Shown here piece by piece: positions 36,401 to 48,057 of a DNA stretch of 64,000 bases. Position 1 is the first letter of the stretch, and each line of letters opens with the position of its first letter. The notes beneath the pieces were generated by a model, which ran no database searches, had not been told where the DNA came from, and saw only the letters and a list, made by a program, of their open reading frames with translations. Source of the stretch: Oculina patagonica. Lineage: Eukaryota. The stretch covers positions 682,001 to 746,000 of the forward strand of contig NC_135770.1 in assembly GCF_052425735.1 (NCBI RefSeq), given 5' to 3'. The translations under genes and the position numbers were made by a program.

Positions 36401-37893
36401 TAAAGGCGACATTGTTGTGAGCTGCTTGCGGCTCAATGAAGACCTGCTTCACGTTTTCAGCTTCGAAGTTGTTTCTCACAATTGTGTCCGAGTCACTGTT
36501 CCCTTGAAACAGCTGAAGAGTCAACGCATAACATGTATCAGTTATTAAGGTAGCTTAAAATACCTGCTTGTATGGTGGTACATTCGGTGACCGCGATAAA
36601 AATGAAACAAGTAACGCTATTTGAAAACCCAGTTTTTTTAAATGTTACGCGCTTTGAACGATCATGTTTCAAGTGTACCTCAATTGCGCCTCAATGAGTT
36701 TCTGTACAAAACACGTTAACGCATCAACGTGTTTTTGAGCGGAGTTGGAGCGGATAAAACTCAATAAAGTATACGTTTTCTGTGAGTTTAGTTATTGGGA
36801 AATTCCAATCTGTCATTACTATTTTCGAAAAGTAAGAGTATAAGTAATTTTGTGAAATGAAGCAATCATATTATGCTAATCCTTTGCCTTTTTCCCGTTT
36901 ACTTGGCCTCCTCGATTGCCATAGAAATTTTGTGGTTATAACAATTTGACTTTGACTTGACTTTATTTCTGCCTATATTAAATATATTGTCACACATATA
37001 ATTTGATCAATTCAAAATCGGAGACAAAGTTTTGGGCACGCGTATCTAAGGGCATTTCTGCAAAATTTCAGTCCAATTTTCTTACATGTGCACTGTATAT
37101 AAACGTTTCTGGTTATTCCTTCACTTTGCTTTTTAAAAAAAACTTACCTTAGGCCTGCCATCGCTGTCCGAGATGTATCCCATAACCTGCTCCTCCCCAA
37201 TCTTTTGACGGGTGAACTTGACAAAGAACTGGGTGACCCACTCTTCAATCTCGGGATTCCCGAATCCTTGAATCGCCACCCCAGTTACAACTGTCTCATT
37301 GTCGAACTGTACTGCCACAAACTTGTCAGCGAATTTGTCGTCTATTTTAGCCCTGTAGCCACCAGAGCTATTCAGTTTTGCCTCAATGGGTAAGGTATCA
37401 AAACCGTGAAACGAAAGTGTCGTGAAATGGTCCATGGCAAACTTTCCAGCTGTTATTCCAAGGGGCAGATTACACGCAGCTACAACGCAATTGCATCAAA
37501 AATAAATAAATAAAGACAAATTTCCAGTGTAGAATTAGAAAACGTGATTTAAGCACTGAAGTAATCATGAATAAATCGTAATGAAATTATAAGGAATTAC
37601 TGTGTATAAACAAGGTGCTGTTTCTCCTGAACGAGCATGAGGAACCCCCATTTGTTTTTCAAAATTTAAGCTTTTGCATGATAAACAACTAATAGGCAAA
37701 GTTTGAAAAAAATCTCAGTGCAATTTCTATTTCAGAAGATTGACCTTTATTGACTTGAGGTTTGACTGTAGATTTATGGCTTTCTGTAGAGCTTACCTTC
37801 GGACGTTGTTTCACCAGATGGTGCAGCTGTTCTCTCTGTACCGGCAGAGGTAAAGGTAAGGCTTGCGGAGGCAATTATGAGAAAGAGCGCCAT
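17037..37893 (-). CDS. Polycystin-1 family (PKD1-like/REJ) receptor-channel, ~2462 aa; complement(join(17037..18898,19475..19646,19870..20085,20458..21558,22898..23134,23596..24363,24899..25147,25521..25742,26161..26286,26691..26876,27879..28458,29438..30233,31279..31415,31846..31901,32347..32459,36374..36512,37148..37479,37797..37893))
   Basis: 18 GT-AG exons with consistent phases (7389 nt); signal peptide MALFLIIASASLTFTSA, F5/8C (CNLPLG...FRFELYGC), SEA (RPGSLIV), REJ (LDASSSFDPD; PSGGKC...FTFTCFGWVD), GPS (CLYWSE...WTSEGC...QCLCTHLSAF), PLAT (IWHDNSG), polycystin channel (WIDERTRAVFVEF; LINMFLAILNESY). Confidence 0.9.
19475..19646 (-). CDS. PKD1-like exon
   Basis: IHNADTFWDW...LVGMPRFRQLRVKP. 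Confidence 0.92.
19870..20085 (-). CDS. PKD1-like exon
   Basis: ELGFYLVFAWALMVICYG TM segment. Confidence 0.9.
20458..21558 (-). CDS. PKD1-like exon (PLAT + TM2-5)
   Basis: GTSANV, FARGSVNTF, IWHDNSG, CNRWLA, HIWLSV, FTRVQRVSCC. Confidence 0.95.
21620..22031 (-). mobile_element. Penelope-like retroelement 3' relic (GIY-YIG C-terminus + 3' region)
   Basis: 22031-21844 reads KIGRHLEAQHG...FRVLKKCRSKFNCLVYEMLFIRDINPSLDTQSDSIRAKLFT*. Confidence 0.82.
21675..21709 (-). ncRNA. Minimal hammerhead-ribozyme-like motif (U3-A8 variant)
   Basis: UUGAUAA-U-GGCG-loop-CGCC-GAAACGUCGUC about 135 nt downstream of the Penelope ORF stop. Confidence 0.55.
22280..22624. mobile_element. Tc1/mariner-pogo-type MITE
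   Basis: Perfect 27-bp TIR cagtaaaaacccgcgagtaagaaccta; TA flanks at 22278-22279 and 22625-22626. Confidence 0.9.
22898..23134 (-). CDS. PKD1-like exon (GPS cleavage site + TM1)
   Basis: QCLCTHLSAFGGDFLVAPNPIDF. Confidence 0.93.
23596..24363 (-). CDS. PKD1-like exon (GAIN)
   Basis: NNPFSWD...CLYWSESKEKWTSEGC. Confidence 0.93.
24545..24765 (+). repeat. Degenerate (TCTG/CCTG)n microsatellite
   Basis: Tetranucleotide array. Confidence 0.9.
24899..25147 (-). CDS. PKD1-like exon
   Basis: Open, phase 0/0, AG-GT bounded. Confidence 0.87.
25521..25742 (-). CDS. PKD1-like exon
   Basis: AGNNLLLGIGNVL; phase 0/0. Confidence 0.85.
26161..26286 (-). CDS. PKD1-like exon
   Basis: FKDEMIKHSSKVKVDDLQGL...ELSEESQ; phase 0/0. 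Confidence 0.85.
26437..26583. mobile_element. Short hairpin MITE
   Basis: catccttagagacccacgagcggtta...acacgaagtaaacc / ggtttacttcgtgt...taaccgcccgtggatccgacgatg. Confidence 0.65.
26691..26876 (-). CDS. PKD1-like exon
   Basis: KAMQLASTLLSVM; phase 0/0. Confidence 0.85.
27879..28458 (-). CDS. PKD1-like exon (REJ)
   Basis: CKRNCKQKVNP...NESPSGGKC...LPLGD. Confidence 0.92.
28461..28611. repeat. 85-bp tandem duplication spanning a PKD splice acceptor
   Basis: gtaaagaagaaagtcattgacaagg...ctccagtgattttacata at 28461 and 28546. Confidence 0.85.
28846..28985. mobile_element. 140-bp MITE, copy A
   Basis: TIR cctcggtgtaaaaacctgtgaaa / tttcacaggtttttacaccgagg; second copy at 42168-42307. Confidence 0.85.
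29438..30233 (-). CDS. PKD1-like exon (REJ)
   Basis: LDASSSFDPD...YTWLC...GGCYGTGPG. Confidence 0.92.
31279..31415 (-). CDS. PKD1-like exon (SEA, GSLIV)
   Basis: PGSLIVEFKV; phase 2/1 fits neighbours. Confidence 0.85.
31846..31901 (-). CDS. PKD1-like small exon (SEA)
   Basis: VRQISSLPGVQVVKLEQLR; phase 0/2 fits. Confidence 0.75.
32347..32459 (-). CDS. PKD1-like exon (SEA N-terminal half)
   Basis: LLDKKSDGFIDIEEKLANE; phase 1/0. Confidence 0.82.
32786..32803 (+). promoter_or_regulatory. Primer-binding site complementary to tRNA-Lys(CUU)
   Basis: Exact 18-mer TGGCGCCCAACGTGGGGC directly after the 5' LTR. Confidence 0.88.
34660..35590 (+). pseudogene. BEL/Pao integrase core + C-terminal domain (frameshifted)
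   Basis: Motifs spread over ORFs 34607, 34696 and 35013. Confidence 0.88.
35944..36309. mobile_element. Right part of a pogo-like MITE related to 22280-22624; probable host of the LTR element
   Basis: TIR-like ctaggttctgatatgcgctttttactg+TA; ataagaacctgttcagcctg motif also at 32532-32551 on the other side of the LTR element. Confidence 0.55.
36374..36512 (-). CDS. PKD1-like exon (F5/8 type C, C-terminal half)
   Basis: FQGNSDSDTIVRN...FRFELYGC. Confidence 0.9.
37148..37479 (-). CDS. PKD1-like exon (F5/8 type C, N-terminal half)
   Basis: CNLPLGI...VTGVAIQG...EWVTQF. Confidence 0.9.
37797..37893 (-). CDS. PKD1-like first coding exon (signal peptide)
   Basis: MALFLIIASASLTFTSA; donor G|gtaagc phase 1; acceptor at 37927-37928 implies upstream exon(s). 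Confidence 0.75.
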
Positions 37894-38053
37894 CGTATCC
37901 AAGCTGCTGTATCTTCTTTTGTTTCTCTAATGAAATACAAATGTTGTTTTATTACCGACTAAGAGGCAATGAGCTCACATGATGCTAAGTTAACACAGTA
38001 CCATAAGAAAGCTCAACACTACCACGACCAACAACAACATCTTGCGAGGAGTC

Positions 38054-38201
38054 NNNNNNNNNNNNNNNNNNNNNNNNNNNNNNNNNNNNNNNNNNNNNNN
38101 NNNNNNNNNNNNNNNNNNNNNNNNNNNNNNNNNNNNNNNNNNNNNNNNNNNNNNNNNNNNNNNNNNNNNNNNNNNNNNNNNNNNNNNNNNNNNNNNNNNN
38201 N
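38054..38201. other. Assembly gap
   Basis: N run. Confidence 1.
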
Positions 38202-38551
38202 NTAATCGAACTTTCGTGAAGTACCGTAGCTAACGACCTCCGACATTATGCCCCTCCCCTAGGAAAGAAACGATGAAAATTCACATTTGTTAGAAATCCC
38301 TGAAGTGTCGACCCTACGAAATTAGCGAACTCAAACGTAACTTGAATTTCTGTATTTGACTTCTGAAGGAGAATCTTCAATCTCACTCCAACGCCTCACA
38401 ATATCATACTATAGCAAATGAGAGATTACCAGAGAAAATAATTTTTTTAAATTTCTCATCCTCAAAAAAAAAGAAAAAAACAAAAAAAAAAAAATTTTTT
38501 TTTTTTTTTTTATTAAAAAAAAAAAAAACCTAAATTTTTTAACCCTTTTTT

Positions 38552-38683
38552 NNNNNNNNNNNNNNNNNNNNNNNNNNNNNNNNNNNNNNNNNNNNNNNNN
38601 NNNNNNNNNNNNNNNNNNNNNNNNNNNNNNNNNNNNNNNNNNNNNNNNNNNNNNNNNNNNNNNNNNNNNNNNNNNNNNNNNNN
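38552..38683. other. Assembly gap
   Basis: N run flanked by homopolymers. Confidence 1.
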
Positions 38684-38697
38684 AAAAGAGCTCCCGT

Positions 38698-38892
38698 GTG
38701 TCAAATGCTCTTAACCAAATAAAATCGGCATTTGACGAACAAAAACGTTACATAAGGCGAGATTGCCTGGAAATCAGAGGAGTTCCCACTTCATCACGCG
38801 AAGATTCAAAGAAAATTGTTAAAAATAATGGCTCAATCGTTGACGTTTTGCTTAAAGATAAAAATACCTCCGAGCATATCCCTATAGAATAA
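38698..38892 (+). mobile_element. LINE (CR1/L2-type) ORF1 relic
   Basis: FDEQKRYIRRDCLEIRGVP...REDSKKIV resembles the EQYSRRxxLEIxGIP ORF1 motif. Confidence 0.65.
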
Positions 38893-39254
38893 AATGGACA
38901 ATGCGATTTCTCTCATAGTTGTCAAACTCAAATCGAAAGCCACGAAGTAAGTTACTTTTGGAACTTTACGGTGGTTACAGAAAATTTATTAGAATAAGAA
39001 TATATTTAAGAAATGGTATAAAGTTATTAGAAACGCCAGGGAGAAGCGGTGCAGTGGTGTCAATAAAGTGTGGATTTATTTATTTTTTCAGCTGCTTGTA
39101 AAGTGTTTTCTTGAAGACTGACTCTCGGGCCCTTTCTTTGCAGCTGCGCCACTTAATTTCACTTCACATGTAATACACAAGAGGTTTAGCCATAATGAGA
39201 AAGGCCAGGTCGAAAGTACACGAAGCCGGATAATCTGTGCGAAATATATATTTC

Positions 39255-39477
39255 CAGGTTAACGTTGTAGACAACAAATTTCGGTGTTGCAGTTGAAAAA
39301 ATTGTTACAAAAAGTAGAACTCGGTTCACTTTGTGACATGTTGCTACAACTTGCAACACCGAAATGTGCGAGACAAGTTGAGCGCGCGGAGTAATACGGG
39401 CAACAACTCGTTCAACTGCAAGCAACAATGCTGCGAGACAAGTTGAACAAAAATGTTGAACGTATTACCGGGCCTTT
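39255..39477. mobile_element. MITE fragment (one end)
   Basis: Repeated ttgcaac / gcgagacaagttg motifs ending cgtattaccgggcctt. Confidence 0.5.
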
Positions 39478-42167
39478 AAACACGCAATACTTACAAGGCA
39501 TATCGTTTTTATCTTACCGCAATCTGTCAGCTACAGGTATTAGAAGCTAGCTATCTTCTCGTTAATGTAAAACTGGAGTGTAACTAATTGAAATTTGGAA
39601 AGTTTATTCTTACTTACTAAAAGCGATAACTCTTTCTTTGTTCAATTTTCGAGTAGCTTCGCACTATTTAACACTGCGGTTCAAATTGAAAGAAAAATTG
39701 AAGTCTTGCTGCGAAAAGCATCTCCGTTTAATTACAGTAATACGGTCAACATTTCAACAAACGAAACAAATTTGACAAATTGACAAGCTTTCTATGCGGG
39801 AGAAATTCATTAAAGGTTCTGAATGCATAACTAGTAAAGCTGTTGAGTTTAAATTTGTCAGGCATATCTTGGTTTCAGAGTTGAACTTTTTAATATAAAT
39901 GTATACATTAAAAAAATTGTTTTCTCGGGATTTTTCCTTTAGAAACTAAAGGAAATTGCGCTTTTCTTAAAAAATTAATTCGTGGCCATCTTGACTTGCT
40001 TTAATGCGTGTAGGACAACAGCTTGGTTCATATTGCGAAACAATAAGAGAAAGTTGCGCCTGCAAGTCGAAATGTGTTTATCTTCCGGTGTATCTACATA
40101 AAATTTAGTCAGGTGTTAAGCTGTGTAGGTCCAGTGAAGTTGGTTTGGGTTGTCTTCCCGTGTTTGCTCAACAACAGCTTGGTTGACAGTGCAAAATACA
40201 ACGAGTCAATGATGTCGACACACTGAGCGAAACACTGTTCAAGTGAAACCGTACTTGTCTTACATTGCCAGCTGCAGGTGTTACGGAGTTTATTGTTATA
40301 GAGAAGGACAAAAATTGATGTAGATAAAAGGCTTGTTGTAACAGCGATTAAACGACCAGTTGTAAAATATATAATGGAAGTTTCTAGAACCTTTGGGATT
40401 CGTTAATTATCGTAACACTTAAAAATTACGATGCGAAAGAAAAACTATAAAAAAGTGCGAGGATCATTTCTTTGTAAACTGGTGTAGTAAAGGGTAAGGA
40501 AAAATGATGAGTTTTTTTCCTATCCTTTTGTATTTATTTAGTTTTGCAAACGGAGCAATGCAAAATAGAAGAAGGAAATTAGACGATCGTTCAAGGAAAT
40601 TGTGCCTCCTTTTTCCTGTATATAAATTCCCAAAATATGAACGTTTGTTCAAAGAGGTAGGCACTTAAAATAAAGAAAATCTTCAACCAGAGCACACTGT
40701 CTTGATGTATCTCCACTAAATTGCTCGAAACAGAACTAACACGAAAAGATATGAAAGGTAATTAATTACGGGAATGAAATATTCTAAGCTTGGATTGAAA
40801 GGTTTTAAATTTAACAAAACAAAAGGTGTGCAAACAACAAGGACCTGTTTTTATTTTGAGTAAACTCGTCTAGTGAAATATTAAAAAGCACAATTATTAT
40901 TCTTGTTTAAGCAAGGCTGCAATTTTTATTATTTCTTTCCAGAGAATATTGAATTTTTCTTGAAGGAAAACCAGTTTCTGTTTTTTTTTTCCGCTATTTC
41001 AAAACCATTTCTTTATCATTGTCAATGTCAGATTAAGTCGAATTAAAACCGCGAGAATGTATTTATTTTGGTTTACTAATAGAAAGTTGTTTCGTTTCCA
41101 CTTTAACCGACGACAAACTCAGAATCACATGTTCTTACACTGATGATGTCTGCTTAGCTTTCTTATCGCACTCAGTATAAGACTAACTTCAACATCCTAT
41201 GTTTAATTTAACATAGCGACAACTTGTCAAAACTTGAATAAATGAGCTGGTATTAAAAAGGTCGGATGGTCTTAAAGTGGCACATAGCTCGGTATAATAA
41301 ATAATAATCTGTGGGTATTTTGTTTAATAAGAAGGATCTACACACTTACCTTCATTGAAGCCCGTTGGTATGCTGTGAAATATGGAAGATCTTTCCAGCT
41401 ACATCACTGCCCATTTATCTGTGAATCAACAGAGGAAATTTATCCTTGTTACGAGACCTCCCTGTGCGTGGACATGATGGCCGAGTGTCATAAAATGCAA
41501 GCAGACGTCAACTTACATCCAGTCATTACATTTATGTCAATTTGGTAGAAGCCAACTGAAAAGTGTTTTTACGAGGGTCCATGTTTTGAATCGTGTTTTC
41601 AGGGTTACATCAAAATATTGATATACGCGTTTGACTCTCAGGTATTAAAGTTCTTAGTTTTTACAGAACAATTGAATGACAGACATACTCTTATCGCGCC
41701 TAAGGTCTCGTGGTAACCCAGCGCTAGGTATAAGCAGTTTAGTTAAACCGAATTTTAATTGTTTTCTTATTATTATCAGCTGCGAAGACAGAAGTAATTG
41801 ATAGCTTGCATTTTATTACGCAATGTGTAATAAAAAAAGTTTAATCTGACGAGCAGCCAAGTCACGTTCTTTCGAGGACTCTGACACATACAAACTTTTT
41901 TTTAAAATTGTCACAAAACCTAAGATAGATAACCTTGGCTTCATGCAATTTTAAAAGAAGAATGATTTAATAAAAAATAATGTATAAGGCGAAAGCCGTG
42001 GCAGTTGAGAAAAAGCAAACTTCGACAAGCCAGAAGACGATTGCCCCCGCCCCCACCCTCCCCCTTAAAAAATAAAATGATTATAACAAAAATATCTACC
42101 AGACATACTTTAAAATATAAATAACTGAATTAAAACCAAGTTGCGGGGAAGAGATTTCGGGGGTTTA

Positions 42168-42307
42168 CCTCGTTATAAAAACCTTGTGGCTTTTTTCTTT
42201 GTTTTGTAGCTATTGTTTTCCTGCTCTATATTGTTCGAAGTTCTTTGTTGTCTTGTTCGTTCTTTATTTTACGTCACTGGTGAGTTTTACAGGTTTTTAC
42301 AGCGAGG
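42168..42307. mobile_element. 140-bp MITE, copy B
   Basis: Colinear with 28846-28985. Confidence 0.82.
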
Positions 42308-45300
42308 ATAGGCCGATTTCATTTTGTCGAACAGAATAAAGTTTTGATTAAAGAAGAAATCGAAAACCGTTTTTATTTAAAAGAAATATCGACGCTAGAA
42401 CATGACGTTTCGGCGTACTTCTGTCGCTATTATCAAATGCAAATTATAAAGTTGTAAGTTTAGAAAATATAGCAGTTTGAGAGTCAAAATTTAGAACGTG
42501 CTCCGTAGTGTTCAGAAATCCTCACTCTTTGTTGTCATGTTGATGATATCTCATTAAATTTATAATTTCTTTCAATTAAAAATTGTAGCCTGCAATTAAA
42601 CACTGTGACAAAGAATTGCGAATAAACACCCAATCTAACCCCCTTCAAAGAATATCGGAAATTACGAAAGTAATAAACTTATATTTTTGTTGTATTGAAG
42701 TGCACCTATTTTCTGAAATTTCTAGGTTTTATGTAAACAAACAAGTCCTTTTGCCAATTAATGGGTACGCCTTATATTTTGTTTTATGGCAACAAATAAC
42801 AGGAACAAACATTTTTAATCCAAGACTGATAAATTTTACAAACATAGCAGAGGGATACGGTAAACAGATGTGCTCTAACACCATCAGTGCATGAATGTTT
42901 TCTTGGGTTACTCCTGGACAGTGATAAGAATACACTGATTGAAGTAAAAGTTCTGGATGTCATGAGCGACGCGCTGTTTGAACTTCCAATCAGTAAAATT
43001 TTAGGCTAACAGTTTTAACCAAAACAAATCTAAATGGAAAGGTACTTTTCCATGTAAACAAAAGCTTTAACGGTTATTCGGCAAATATCGATAAATCTAG
43101 AAAAGATTCTGCAATTTTTCTTATTCCGTTCCCATATGTTCGGAGTGTTTCACAAAAGTATACTGCCATAATACGAGTCTATTGGGCTTCTTTATTTGTG
43201 AAACCGTTCTCGCTCTCGTATTCTCATGTCCAGTCAGACTTTTCTATAGAAATGTATGGAAGAGAACATAAACGCTATGGACTATCTGTATATTTTTTCA
43301 AAAATCTTGGAGCACAAGCGTTAACCCGCGGAAATTTATATTTTTCATAGATTTGAAAAATATAAAGCCATCGCCAGCTGACCAGTACAAACACACTATA
43401 TTTCCAGCTACACGAAAAGTCTCTGTACTTTCCACACAATCTTGCACATTTCACACGCATTTTAGATTGTTCTGAATTAAAATCGAAAGTGGAGGCTGTT
43501 ATTCATCTAATCAATAAGGTAAGCCAGCAATATCAAAGTATTAAATTTCTTTAATGTTAGTTCAAAGGAAAGAAAAAAAAAACTGTCCACAAGTAGAAGA
43601 TTTTCTTTCTTTCCATCAAAGAAAAATAAGATGTTAAAAACATGCAGAAATAAATCGCATTGAATAAGATTCCAATTTATTCTTTGCTTTTGTTTTTTTC
43701 CTAAAATAATGGCTTCGCAAAGTTGCAAATCGAAGTTCGAATCAAAATGCTATACACTTGCAAATTAATATTGGTCCTTTATGTATTCTTAATTCTTAAT
43801 GTGCATTTTCTTCCCTTGAATACAACAGTGTTTTCAAATAGAAGTGTGGCATTTTCCTGTTTGCTAATATTGTTTTGATAGATATATAGTGCAACCTACA
43901 AATTTGTTTTGAAAGAAACTAAATTTCGCATTATTATTGTTTGAAATTTTACCAAAATGCTGAAATAGTATCTCGTAGTTTTAACTTTTCTCTTCAGGTT
44001 TAATAGCAATCACAAACAGTGAAAACGTCTAAATGACAGATGTATTGCCAGATTGTTGGTCAATTCTCGAAATTAAGGGTTGAATGAAAAGTTTTGTTTC
44101 AAATTTCGCTTCCGCCAGGTTAGTATTGTGTATTTTGGCGCTTAATGCATTGTTAAAAAAAACTGCAATTACCGCGAAATACAGTACCGCCAAAATTTCT
44201 TTGTGAACAGTAGTGAATTTTCAAGCTAGGTCGGCTTTTCTTTGAGTTTTCCCTAGTTTTAATTTCAGTTCGAGTATTCATATGGTAGTTAATTAAAATG
44301 TTTAATTTTTATCTTCAATTTCATTACCACCTTGTGCACTGAGAAAATTTATACATTTAGCCTAGCATGAAAGGTTCTGAGAATTTCCATAGTATAGTTT
44401 GAGCTTCTGTTAATTCGAGCTACAAGTACGAGTTGGTGGCAAGTTTGCGATTTTTTACTGGATTAACTTGGTACATAACATTTTTCTGCTTGTATTCAGT
44501 ATACTTCAGATCTAAGATATCCACCCTAATTTACAACTTCTTAAAACAAAACACAAAAAAGCAAAAAAGTATTATTAAGTAAGTCGATGTAAGATTGAGA
44601 CTCCCGTAGCTGGTGACAAATGAAGTGGCCAGTTGTAGGCCTATTTCACATGGTTTGTCTTTTCGAGAATTAATCTTTTTGAAATAAGAAACGTGTGGGT
44701 ACTCACCGGTCTAGAGGCAATGATCCCGGGCTATCGGCACGATATCGGCGCGTACCGTTCAAAGTGAGCTTGGTTGTTTTGTAAAATGGGTCAATTTTAA
44801 TAGATCGCCCACAGTTTTCCGACTTTGAGTGACCGATAACTATTTGTTAATTATGCCTGGCAATATTTGTCTCAGGAGACCGCCGCTGTTTACAGCGACT
44901 CATGAACTTCTATAATAAGTGGAGGCTATTAAGTACTGTGAAATCGATGCGACGAAGTGCAAACATACGGTTATTTAGATGACTGCTTGGTATGACTCCA
45001 CTGCACGATCGCAAAACATGTCGGCATGACCCCACAGTATTATTCCGTTATTATGTAGAATTCTTTCCCTGAGATCCTCGAAACTTTGCATAGCAGGTAA
45101 ACCGGCCATAGCCATTCTCCGTTTTATTTAGATGAACGAAACTGCGCCTGTGTATGATTTGCCTTGCGCAGTTTATGGGTGAACATCAATTATACAACCT
45201 CGATATAAGTTCACATGTTTATGCGACATTTCACCACATGAATACCTGATTTTTAATCCATGGCGGACCCACTCAGGCCGGTTTTTTTAATTTGTCCTTA

Positions 45301-47050
45301 ATTTGAATGTCAAATGTCAATTTTACCAGTATATGCTTATGTGATTGCAGTTGCAGACGTTCAGAAGTTCTGCACAGTGAGTAGTCTGGTCTAAGTGTCT
45401 AGAATCTTCGTTTTTCTTTACTTTTACACAATATTTGCCCAAACAACATTTCCGAAACCTTGAAGATAAAAGGGTATCATTAAGCATGTTTAGTCTGCAG
45501 ATAAGTGCATTGCATTCAAAGATTGCTAAAAAATGTGCGTGGATTGTAATATCGTCTTCTATGACAATGTTTCAAGAGTAAATTTTGCAGTATTTACCCT
45601 TTTTGCTGTATGGTGCTTTAAACATTAATACACAGCAAACTGTGTTAGTTTCACTTCCTGTAATTGAGAATACGCTAGTACAATTGTTTTTCCTTTTAAA
45701 TTAAAAATAATCGCTGTTATTGTTTTATACCTCGGTTTTTTAAGCTCTTTCGTTTTAACTTCTTTGATATCTCAACATCGAATTGCCAGCGCAATTTTTC
45801 TAAAACGTCCACTTCTACATTTTGCAATATAGATACGACATTACAGATATTAAAAGCGGTTTACTGCCATTCGGCAGTATAATTTCTTTCCATTTTGTTT
45901 TAAATTAAATAATCTTACCTGCTTGGCGACCCTGAAGTATTTTGGCCAAAAACATACGTAAAAGCTTGAGCTTTTGTTTTCTTTTTCTAAAGGCTAAGCT
46001 GATCGGGTCAAAAACATACAGAAACGATAGATTTTCTTTTTTTTAATTTGGAAGGATTTTGTAGTCTTTTGGTTAACTATGCAATATACTTTATCGATTT
46101 TAATGGATTTTTCATTGACGCATTAGCCGATTTTTGTGACGTGAAAGATTAATGAATCAATAATCAACTCTTTCTAGCGATCGCTGCGATTTGCCAAACA
46201 ATTCCACAATACTTTGAATTAAATTTCTCATAAAAAACCTCGAAAAAAACTCGAATCCAACTTGCCCTTTTTGTCGGTCGCGAACTCATGATTTATGGCT
46301 GAAACTATTTTAATAGTTATTTGAACTAAAATTAATACATCCGTTCCAGCTAGAAAATGCGTTGAATTCAAGGTGATAAAATAACCACAAAGCGCCTTGC
46401 GCAGAGCTGGTTATAATCACGTCTAAAAAGGTCTGGGAATGAAATAATTATTGTATTAAATGCCTCACTATGGTGTTGGGTTATTGATTTTTTAATTTAA
46501 AAATATTTACATGCTCAGAACTAATCACAAGTTAACTGAAGTAGTTGGAGACATGCCTCCCAGGATGTAGAAAAAGGAAGTGATCTTTGAAGAGAATTTC
46601 ACGGACTGAGGTGGTTTTTTCCTTATACCGCGACGAAAGTTTGAGCCTAGCTTCTTCTCCGAGATTTACTGTATTTTCAAGTTGGAAATTGTATGGTTCT
46701 GTTATTATAATTGTACTGTACTGATTTAAAGCAGGATGTTGGAATTGACAAGGCTTTTAAAATTATAAGCAACAAGCCTTTCTGAACAGGGTGAGACTAA
46801 ATTTATGGTAAAAACATGTTTCGTTTTCCGCCCAAAAATTGACTCGGTTCTCGGATCTTCACAATTGTTTGCTGGAAGGAAATATTGAAACAATAGTTAA
46901 ATAAAGGTAGCAAAAACACTAAGTAAAGGCTGGTTGCCATATATTCGTTGAAAATCCCAGGAAATTCATAAAGAGTTCTTTGAACCCCAGCTGAATTACT
47001 CTGAAATTTGACAGTTTGACAGAAATGTCTCAAACAAAGAGGCGTATTCA

Positions 47051-47249
47051 AAGGATAATAAAAACAATAGCCTTGATTGGGCTTCCAAAAAATCAGTGCG
47101 CACGAGTATTTGTCTTGGGACATTATCCATTTCTTGAATCTCAGAGTTTTCCTCGAGCTTCATTTTCCAAAACTGTTCTCTTTCGAGAACAGAAACATGC
47201 AATATCCGCAAGCAAATTTTGAAGCCAAATTGATCATATTGTTTATTTT
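47051..47249. repeat. Degenerate long palindrome (same architecture as 14807-14921)
   Basis: ataataaaaacaatag...ttgggcttc / gaagccaaa...atattgtttattt arms around agttttcctcgag...aaaactg. Confidence 0.45.
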
Positions 47250-48057
47250 CACGACCAAACTCAAGAAGTTTGTGATAGCAAGCGATCATCGATTTAGACG
47301 AAATGTAAACCGTCTTAACTTCAAACGTGATATTTAAGCTAAATTTCTCGAGACGCTGGGGAATCTGCCACCCGTTAGCGTACTCATTCATCTCTGATTT
47401 TCCTGCTGGTTTTAAATTTCGCTAATCTAAAACTCTGATATGACCGGAATAATAATAGACCGGAAGACATAACATAGCTTGATGCTTGTAGTTTGTTGAC
47501 CAGGACCATATCAAACTGGGTTATTTTTTCACTAACAAATAAAAACATGAAATGTTAAAACTTTTAACTGGTTAAAAATCAAATTAGATTTTTTTTCTGC
47601 TGAATGTGACACAAGAAATTTTACTCCTTATTTCTCGGATTCAAAAACGACACTACAGGATATCGAAAAAATGTAACTCCGAGGATAACGATCGCATCTA
47701 TATTATCTTATTTTTACTTAAAAAATTGACCGGTAGATATGTTTTTCCTCAAGCATTTATTGAAGACAAAATAGATTCTTTGAAATTGAAAACTATTTTC
47801 GTCCCAAACCGGCGATAATCGATCATTTTTTAAAAACCAATTGTCAGCTAAATGACGAATGTTGGTGGCGAAATGAAACTTATTGTAAATATTTTCTTTA
47901 CGGAAATACTTACAGAATATAATAAATGTTGTCATTTAGTTATGAATTCAAAACACAGATGCTGTAAGAAATTTTCTTGTTCCAAGTTTGTGTTATTACG
48001 TTTATGTCAGATAGTGCCCGTTTTATTGCATTTGTGAAGAGCATTTCTTTTGCGAAT

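Noticed and set aside
41139-41190. CTGATGA canonical hammerhead core
   Set aside because: No downstream GAAA box after a stem II.
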